Of a DNA stretch of 64,000 nucleotides, positions 47,820 to 54,487 are shown piece after piece. Each line of letters opens with the position of its first letter. The stretch's first letter is position 1. A model generated the notes under the pieces. That model had not been told where the DNA came from. It searched no databases and worked only from the letters and a program-made list of their open reading frames with translations. The translations under genes were made by a program, and so were the position numbers. The stretch comes from Candidatus Nanosyncoccus sp. (lineage in GTDB: Bacteria; Patescibacteriota; Saccharimonadia; Saccharimonadales; Saccharimonadaceae), in assembly GCA_045641305.1 (NCBI GenBank), contig JAZUGS010000013.1, forward strand, positions 421 to 64,420, given 5' to 3'.

Positions 47820-48743
47820 ATGAATAAATTAAAGAAATTGGGCAATAAAATAACCTGCGGTGTTTTAATGATGGTTTTTACCCTATGTGGTGGTAGTGCT
47901 AGCGTGTTTGCAAGTTCACAATTTTCAGTGTCGCCGATGAATCAACGAATTATTCTTACGCCAGGTGAATCCTATATAGGCTCTTTTATGGTATCAAATC
48001 CAGCAGATAGCACTAGTGATTTTAACTATAAAATTACCGTTAGACCAGTTTATATTGATAACAATTATAATGTCGTCAGTGAAAATAATGGCGATTTTAA
48101 CCAAATAGTTGATTGGACCAAAATAAATAATCCAGAGGGGACTCTTGCGCCAAATGAGGCAAGGGAAATTACTTTTCAAGTGAATGTGCCAATGGATGCG
48201 CCTGCTGGTGGGCAATATGTTGCAATTAATGTTATGTCGGCCGACCCAATTGGGGATGATGGTGCTGTCAATATTCAGTCTAAATATGCCATTATGCACA
48301 TTGTATATGCTGAAATTGCTGGAACTACGATTCGCCAAGGTGAAGTACAGGATGCTCATATACCTAGTTTCTTGTTTTCTGGAAATATCTCTGGTATTTC
48401 TACAATTAAAAATACTGGCAATGTACACTCGGATGGTATTTATAAACTCCAAGTGTTCCCTCTATTTTCAGACGAGGAACTCTACACTAATGAAGAAAAT
48501 CCAGAAAAAAAGATCATCCTACCAGATCGCACCCTCATGAATACTACATATTGGGAGGATACTCCGTCCGTGGGCATCTTCAATGTGATTTACACCGCCG
48601 AATTCGAAGGAGTAACCACCGAGGTTAAGAAAATGGTCATCGTCTGCCCTATCTGGCTCCTTGCCATTATCATCTTTGCCGTCATTTCCATTATCATCTA
48701 CCTCATCACAAAGTCCAAAACGCGCAAAAAGTCTAGCCGTTAG
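47820..48743 (+). CDS. DUF916/WxL-interacting-like surface protein (cassette B)
   Basis: Paralog of 41112-42047; shares PLFS.EEL.TNEENP and VCPIWLLAIIIFA. Confidence 0.65.
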   Translation: MNKLKKLGNKITCGVLMMVFTLCGGSASVFASSQFSVSPMNQRIILTPGESYIGSFMVSNPADSTSDFNYKITVRPVYIDNNYNVVSENNGDFNQIVDWTKINNPEGTLAPNEAREITFQVNVPMDAPAGGQYVAINVMSADPIGDDGAVNIQSKYAIMHIVYAEIAGTTIRQGEVQDAHIPSFLFSGNISGISTIKNTGNVHSDGIYKLQVFPLFSDEELYTNEENPEKKIILPDRTLMNTTYWEDTPSVGIFNVIYTAEFEGVTTEVKKMVIVCPIWLLAIIIFAVISIIIYLITKSKTRKKSSR

Positions 48744-48819
48744 TCGCTGGCGATAAAAAAGTTTCAATAAATAATCCCTAAAACGGGGATTATTTATTTT
48801 TTCATACTATCATACCTAT

Positions 48820-49662
48820 ATGAAACCTATTTATTCCCAAATCAATCAATATCTGGACTATTGCGAGCACGCGCGCAATATGTCGCCAGCTACTATGCGC
48901 GCCAAACGTAGTATTTATCATCGTTTTGCTGAAGTTATCGCGTGCGACAATCTCAAAAAACTCACCAATGCTGATTTTGATCGCTGGACCCGCTATGGGC
49001 TGTCGCGCGGAGCTTCACCGCGTAGCATTAATGCTTATAATGCCAATATTATGGCAATGCTGAATTATTATCGGGAGATGGGCATGAAAATTCCCCTCAA
49101 AAGCCCACTAGTGCATAAACTCAAAGAAGGAGAGGTGCGTCGGAGCTTTTATACGCGCTCCCAAATTCGCGAAGTTTTGCGCTATGCCAATCCTACAACC
49201 GCGCTAATGATTAAAATCTGCTTTGACAGCGGTATGCGTATTGCTGAACTTACAAATCTTAAACTCGCCAATATTCATGAAAATCGGATTAATTTTGTAG
49301 GCAAGGGCAACAAACCGCGCGAAGTATATCTTTCTGACGGCACAATGCGGTTGCTGCAAGAATATATTAAACGCCACCAGATTAAAAATTATCTCTGGCC
49401 AAGCCCGCGGAATAGTGGAGTGGAGCGACCTCTTACCGTTCACGCTGTTCGCAAACGTCTTCGCCAACCTTTTTACCGAGCGGGGTATATAGATTTTTAT
49501 CCTCATTCCCTGCGGCATTCTTTTGCTACTGATCTTGAGTTTCGTGGCGCTTCTGTCGCCGAAATTCAACAGATGATTGGGCATTTTTCGATCGCAACCA
49601 CCGAACGCTATGTCCATGCGCTAGATGGCCATCTGGCGGAGTTATTTGCTAAATATAGATAA
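48820..49662 (+). CDS. Tyrosine recombinase (XerC/D-like)
   Basis: Full catalytic set: GMRIAEL (R), GKGNK (K), HSLRH, GH and RY. Confidence 0.93.
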   Translation: MKPIYSQINQYLDYCEHARNMSPATMRAKRSIYHRFAEVIACDNLKKLTNADFDRWTRYGLSRGASPRSINAYNANIMAMLNYYREMGMKIPLKSPLVHKLKEGEVRRSFYTRSQIREVLRYANPTTALMIKICFDSGMRIAELTNLKLANIHENRINFVGKGNKPREVYLSDGTMRLLQEYIKRHQIKNYLWPSPRNSGVERPLTVHAVRKRLRQPFYRAGYIDFYPHSLRHSFATDLEFRGASVAEIQQMIGHFSIATTERYVHALDGHLAELFAKYR

Positions 49663-49668
49663 GACAAT

Positions 49669-50103
49669 TTAGAACATAAGATTTAAGAACAGGAACCATT
49701 TTTCGGGGTTGGTGCGGGACTTTTCGACGGGTTCGGCGGTGACGGTTTGATGCTTGGTCTTGGCCGTGGTGCTATTTTCGGGGAGATAGACTAGGTGCTC
49801 GCCTGGTAGCTGCTTGTTTAGGAATTTGCGAGCGGCGAGTTCTTGGTATTCTTCGGTCTTGTAGTAGGTGTTTTCGAGCTCTAAGGCTTCGACTTCAAGG
49901 CTGATTAGATCGAGATTTTTCTTGCTATTTGCGAGGGTTTCGGTGAGTTCCCAGCTGCGCGACATCGAGCAGATGGATTGATAAGTCCAGGTGAGACAGA
50001 GAAAAATACCGAGCACGAGCACGACGTTTTCAATGGTCAAAAAGTCGTGTTTTAAGCGATATGTGAGCTGATGAAATTTTTGTTGAATTTTAATCTTGCT
50101 CAT
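49669..50103 (-). CDS. FtsL/DivIC-like septum formation protein
   Basis: TM, coiled coil, then EYQELAARKFLNKQLPGE. Confidence 0.6.
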   Translation of the reverse strand: MSKIKIQQKFHQLTYRLKHDFLTIENVVLVLGIFLCLTWTYQSICSMSRSWELTETLANSKKNLDLISLEVEALELENTYYKTEEYQELAARKFLNKQLPGEHLVYLPENSTTAKTKHQTVTAEPVEKSRTNPEKWFLFLNLMF

Positions 50104-50142
50104 GCTTAGTATTATAACATTTTGTGGTAAAATAGAGTAGTC

Positions 50143-50219
50143 GGGGGTGTAGCTCAGTTGGTTAGAGCATGCGTCTTATACACGCAATGTCCTAGGTTCG
50201 AGCCCTAGCACCCCTACCA
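50143..50219 (+). tRNA. tRNA-Ile(TAT)
   Basis: Cloverleaf with anticodon arm TGCGT-CT-TAT-AC-ACGCA and encoded CCA. Confidence 0.85.
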
Positions 50220-50308
50220 GATTTACTATTTTGCACCCGTAGGCTATCGCCTTCGGGCGCGGCATTCGTCGAAAGAGCAAGAGCAAGCTCTTGTCTTTCT
50301 CCTCATTT

Positions 50309-50385
50309 GCACCCGTAGCTCAGTGGATTAGAGCACTTGTCTTCGGAACAAGGTGTCGTGGGTTCGAGTCCCTCCGGGTGTACCA
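50309..50385 (+). tRNA. tRNA-Arg(TCG)
   Basis: Anticodon arm CTTGT-CT-TCG-GA-ACAAG and encoded CCA. Confidence 0.92.
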
Positions 50386-50549
50386 GGTTTGAAATTTCGA
50401 AAAAATTATACTAAAAGAGTTTATCAAAAACAGCCCAAAGAAATTTGGCCACGTAGTGGTAGAATAATATATTTTAATTCGATAAGACGCCGCCACCCAT
50501 GATTGGGTGGCTTTTTACGCCAAAGTGCCAAGTTTATGATATAATTACT

Positions 50550-50635
50550 ACATAAAAGTCCCGCCATCCCCCAGGATGGTGACGGGATTGTATGGTTTTG
50601 TAGTTAACTAGCCTAGCTAGTTAACTTTTTTAGTT
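50550..50635 (+). ncRNA. Candidate antisense sRNA to copy 3 peptide mRNA
   Basis: TGaTATAAT at about 50538-50546, hairpin TCCCG..CATC/GATG..CGGGA, terminator GTTAACTAG-loop-CTAGTTAAC plus T6. Confidence 0.55.
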
Positions 50636-50694
50636 TTCAATCTCTTGATTGAGAGTTTAATACTAAACTTAAAGAATTTAATCTCGAAGCTCAT
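50617..50694 (-). CDS. 25-aa small peptide MSFEIKFFKFSIKLSIKRLKTKKVN, candidate type I toxin (divergent copy 3)
   Basis: AAAGGAG SD; promoter TTGCAA-N17-(TGc)TATCCT about 150 nt upstream; same stop-in-hairpin layout as copies 1 and 2. Confidence 0.6.
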   Translation of the reverse strand: MSFEIKFFKFSIKLSIKRLKTKKVN

Positions 50695-51027
50695 ATTTTC
50701 ACTCCTTTCCGCTGGGAGACCTCTAATAGCCTGGGTCTATCGTTCAGCAAGATCGCCCGTCAAACCCTCAAAGAAACTTTAAGAATTGGCACCTCGCCAG
50801 AACAACTAAAAATTTTAACGAACCACACGGGGAGGATAGCATGGCTGGGATGGTTTTGCAACCGCATGAAAAATATTTGTGGAAGCTAAGGAAATTTTAA
50901 GCCTAGGCAGGATGGGTTTTACGCCAAAGTGCCAAGTTTTTATCCTCTTGCGCTTTGGGTTTGTTTGGTGTATAATGTGGGGGTAAATCCCGTAAGGGTC
51001 GGCCCTGCTTAAGCGGGGAAAACAATC

Positions 51028-51420
51028 TCACAATAGGCGCTTTAGCCTATTTTTTATTTCTGCCAAATCTTCTTTCTTCATTCTCCCCATTAGCTTTCCT
51101 GAAATCCTTGATGTATCAAACGCCCTCAACTGACTTAAAATAGCTACGCTATGCTGATTATCTAGAAATGTAAAAGAAAAATAATATTTTCCAGATTTAT
51201 TTCGTGAAGTCAATGGCACGCCCCAGAATAATTCTTTTGAAAAACCACGAATTATTGCGACTGGCCTAGAAAATAGTTCACCTTTGCCGTCCTGCTCCAT
51301 ACCGATGTTATCGCCAATTAACACCCAATAAATGCCGCCTTCCTTGTAGTTGGGTCTAGCATCGGTATTATTGTTTACTACCATTTTAACTGGTGTCCAT
51401 TTTTTATAATCTTTTTTCAT
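51028..51420 (-). CDS. PemK/MazF-family endoribonuclease toxin
   Basis: GGIYWVLIGDNIGMEQDGKG..FSRPVAII, GVPLTS, ILSQLRAFDTSRI. Confidence 0.9.
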   Translation of the reverse strand: MKKDYKKWTPVKMVVNNNTDARPNYKEGGIYWVLIGDNIGMEQDGKGELFSRPVAIIRGFSKELFWGVPLTSRNKSGKYYFSFTFLDNQHSVAILSQLRAFDTSRISGKLMGRMKKEDLAEIKNRLKRLL

Positions 51421-51648
51421 GTTTACTCCTATTTTAATTTAACAAAAAAACGCGCTGAGCGCGGTAGCGCGATTGTAGCGCGGATGGGTGGATTTTGCAA
51501 CCCCATGAGAATTTTTAAGCCTAGGCGGGATAGTTATAGATGATAGCCATAATAAGTGGCTATTTTTGGGCTTAGGGAAGGTGCGGCATAATAAAATAGT
51601 AGGTAGTGGGCAAAAGGTGGGAAGGAACAATAATTAAAGGAGGATAGC

Positions 51649-52626
51649 ATGACGAATGCTTCAAACACTACCCCAAAAACCCAAAACACCAAAAATACTA
51701 ATACTACCGAAAACAAAACGACAAAAAGTAAAATAGTAGAAATAAACACCATTGCAAAACTTGAACAGAAAATCAAAGGCCTACAAGTATCAAAAACAAA
51801 ATCTGCTAAACAGGATATTGATGAACTTAAACGGGAAATACGGCATTTACAAGAAAAATATAAAGCCGCCGCAATGGAGCTGGAGAAAAATAATCTATCG
51901 GAATTAATATTCATAGACTCTACAAATGGCTTTAAAAAATTAGTGGGAAATTCGGCACTATTTTACACACACGATATTGCTAAACGGATTGGGCGTCGCG
52001 TCAACCTGTTGGCGGATACGGACCGTTATTCCCGCTCAGAAAATGGTGTAGTTTGCTTAAAACTTACGGGCGATTTAGAAAATAGTTTGGCGAGTGTATT
52101 TATTGTGCGAAGTTCAGAACAACAAATTGAGGGTTTAACTCGTTTCATGCTACCAGCAAAACATTCAACAAAAGAGTTAGAAGAAATAAAAAATGATGCC
52201 AATAAAATTTCGGAGCAGATTAATACTATAGTAGTACCAAAATCTTTGATACCAACTATTTTTAGTGATTTGAGAGAGCTAAATGTGATCGTCTTTCAAC
52301 ATACGCAAAATATGCCACCATTCGCGAGAAACATTATCGGCTCCGAATTATTAGCAACTAGTGACAAAATGTTGCTAAGGTATTGCGAAACTACGAATGG
52401 CGATTTAAAAGTTGAAGACGGTTTGCTGCGAATTATAAAAGGTGCAAGATTTATCAAATATGAAATGAAAAATGTAGAAAGTTTGAGGTTGATGCATAAT
52501 AAAACGATTATGCAGATTTTGGAACTAGTAGTCAGAATTGAAAAAGAGGCTTTGAAAGAATATAAGATTCGTAAAATGGCAGTTGAGAAAATCATTAAGA
52601 ACGCAGTGCGCGAGGAGCAAAAATGA
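51649..52626 (+). CDS. DGR accessory protein: coiled coil + MutS-I-like domain + Avd-like four-helix bundle
   Basis: LIFIDSTNGFKKLVGNSALF resembles MutS domain I, and PTIFSDL...MPPFARNIIGSEL resembles Avd. Its stop overlaps the RT start (ATGA). Confidence 0.65.
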   Translation: MTNASNTTPKTQNTKNTNTTENKTTKSKIVEINTIAKLEQKIKGLQVSKTKSAKQDIDELKREIRHLQEKYKAAAMELEKNNLSELIFIDSTNGFKKLVGNSALFYTHDIAKRIGRRVNLLADTDRYSRSENGVVCLKLTGDLENSLASVFIVRSSEQQIEGLTRFMLPAKHSTKELEEIKNDANKISEQINTIVVPKSLIPTIFSDLRELNVIVFQHTQNMPPFARNIIGSELLATSDKMLLRYCETTNGDLKVEDGLLRIIKGARFIKYEMKNVESLRLMHNKTIMQILELVVRIEKEALKEYKIRKMAVEKIIKNAVREEQK

Positions 52627-53732
52627 GTCAGGCGTTTAGTGATTGGCTATTAAACCAATTATGGATTGCGTATTTGGAGGCAAGAAAGGGCAAGCGTAAA
52701 ACCGTTGACGAACATAGATTTGAAACAAATGACATGGCAAACGTTATAGCTTTGCGTGATGAAATTATGGAGCGAAGATACCATCCGCGACGTGGTGAGG
52801 CGTTTATTATCTATGATCCTGTGCGCAGAGAAATTTTTGCGGCACCATTTCCAGATAGAGTAATACACCATTTTTTATACAATGTATCGGCAGATTGGTG
52901 GGACAGGAGATTCATTAATGATTCTTATTCTTGTCGGGTGGGCAAGGGGACGTTATATGGGCATCAGCGTCTTACGAAACACATCCGTCAGGTTTCGCAA
53001 AATTATAAAGAACCCGCTTTTGTCGTAAAACTTGATATTCAAGGTTATTTTATGAGCCTTAGTCACAAAAGACTATACGAGCGCGTGTGTTGGGGGCTCG
53101 ACAGACAGTTCAAAGACGACAAAGGGCAACTTTACAGAACAGTAAAATATCTTTGGCGGGAAGTCATTTTTGATAACCCAACTGACAAAGTCCATATTAA
53201 AGGTAAGCCATCAGACTGGAAGGATTTTCCGCGTAATAAATCACTATTTTGCCAACCAAAAGGTCAAGGTATCGTAATCGGCAATCTCACGAGTCAACTA
53301 TTATCTAATATCTATTTGGATCAAGTGGATAGATTCATTACAATGAAACTAGGATATAAGCATTATGGAAGATATGTAGACGACTTTTACTATGTTGTTC
53401 CCTGGTCGCAAAAAGACCGTGCAATTCGCGATATTAAAGTGATTGAGGATTATATGAGAAGTTTAGGTTTGACGCTACATCCGCGCAAGAGGTTTATGGG
53501 AGATTCAAGGAAAGGTGTGCCTTTTCTTGGCGTTGTAGTCTATAATGGTTACACGGTACCTGGGGAGCGAGTAAAGAAAAAATGTAAAGCAGCAATGGTA
53601 AAATTTGCCTGCGGGCAAGATGGTGCAAAATACGAATCGGTAGTATCCTATATGGGGCATCTTGAGCACATAAACAGCAAAAAGTTTCTTAAAGGACTTT
53701 TTGACTCTCTGGGATGGGATTATCACTTGTGA
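52623..53732 (+). CDS. DGR reverse transcriptase
   Basis: APFPDRVIHH, CRVGKG, KLDIQGYF, GNLTSQLLSNIYLD (SQ signature) and YGRYVDDF; adjacent TR/VR pair. Confidence 0.96.
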   Translation: MSQAFSDWLLNQLWIAYLEARKGKRKTVDEHRFETNDMANVIALRDEIMERRYHPRRGEAFIIYDPVRREIFAAPFPDRVIHHFLYNVSADWWDRRFINDSYSCRVGKGTLYGHQRLTKHIRQVSQNYKEPAFVVKLDIQGYFMSLSHKRLYERVCWGLDRQFKDDKGQLYRTVKYLWREVIFDNPTDKVHIKGKPSDWKDFPRNKSLFCQPKGQGIVIGNLTSQLLSNIYLDQVDRFITMKLGYKHYGRYVDDFYYVVPWSQKDRAIRDIKVIEDYMRSLGLTLHPRKRFMGDSRKGVPFLGVVVYNGYTVPGERVKKKCKAAMVKFACGQDGAKYESVVSYMGHLEHINSKKFLKGLFDSLGWDYHL

Positions 53733-53739
53733 AAATTTG

Positions 53740-53990
53740 AGAAGATCGAGGGGCGAACACGCGGAACTAGGAACCGCCGAAACCCTAGCGAGCGACACAA
53801 CGCACGGACATGCCGTTGTACCGATTGTTGTTGTTGGACGGGTTGACGTTACTGGAATTGAAGTTCAAGTTGTACGCGTTGCTGCTATTGTTGGACGTAG
53901 ACGACCAGTAGTTGCCGTTGTTGCCGGTATTGTAGACAGCACCGTAATTTCCGTTGTAGTTGCCACTACGCAGGAAGTAGAAAGGCGAAA
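53740..53990 (-). ncRNA. DGR template region (TR)
   Basis: 251-bp homolog of 54237-54487; the minus strand carries 20 AAC/AAT codons and no upstream start of its own. Confidence 0.95.
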
Positions 53991-54187
53991 GGACAAAACA
54001 TCAACCACCGAAAAACCTACTTTGCTATCATAAAGACCTTGACCCTTATGAAAATATCGACCTGCGCGCGTCGCTAAAGCGACGCGAACAAGGAGGTTTT
54101 AGATCTTCTCACGAGTCTAGCGGGAGGCGGAGCCAAATCCTCAATGCCTCAGGAATAGACCCACGGGAGAACATTACCCGTGGGTTT

Positions 54188-54196
54188 ATTATACCA
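54188..54196 (-). promoter_or_regulatory. Extended -10 promoter positioned to transcribe the TR RNA
   Basis: TGgTATAAT between the VR and TR, pointing toward the TR. Confidence 0.6.
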
Positions 54197-54236
54197 TACA
54201 TGCAGTAATAACCTAAAGCGTTTTTTCTCCGAGTTC

Positions 54237-54487
54237 AGAAGATCGAGGGGCGAACACGCGGAACTAGGGACCGCCGAAACCCTAGCGAGCGACACAACGC
54301 ACGGACATGCCGCGGTACCGATTGAGGTCGTTGGACGGGTTGACGCTACTGGAATTGAAGTACAAGTAGTACGCGCAGCTGCTATTGGTGGACGTAGACG
54401 ACCAGTAGCGGCCGTAGCGGCCGGTACCGTAGACAGCACCGTAAAGCCCGAGGTAGAGGCCACTACGCAGGAAGTAGAAAGGCGAAA
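54237..54487 (-). repeat. DGR variable region (VR) plus IMH
   Basis: 26 mismatches to the TR by hand alignment: 25 at TR adenines and one non-adenine difference (54269 vs 53772) after the stop codon. Confidence 0.95.

Noticed and set aside
52623-53732. RT as a retron, group II intron or CRISPR-associated RT
   Set aside because: It has the SQ rather than QG motif, lacks a maturase/endonuclease extension, and sits next to an adenine-specific TR/VR pair, all pointing to a DGR.
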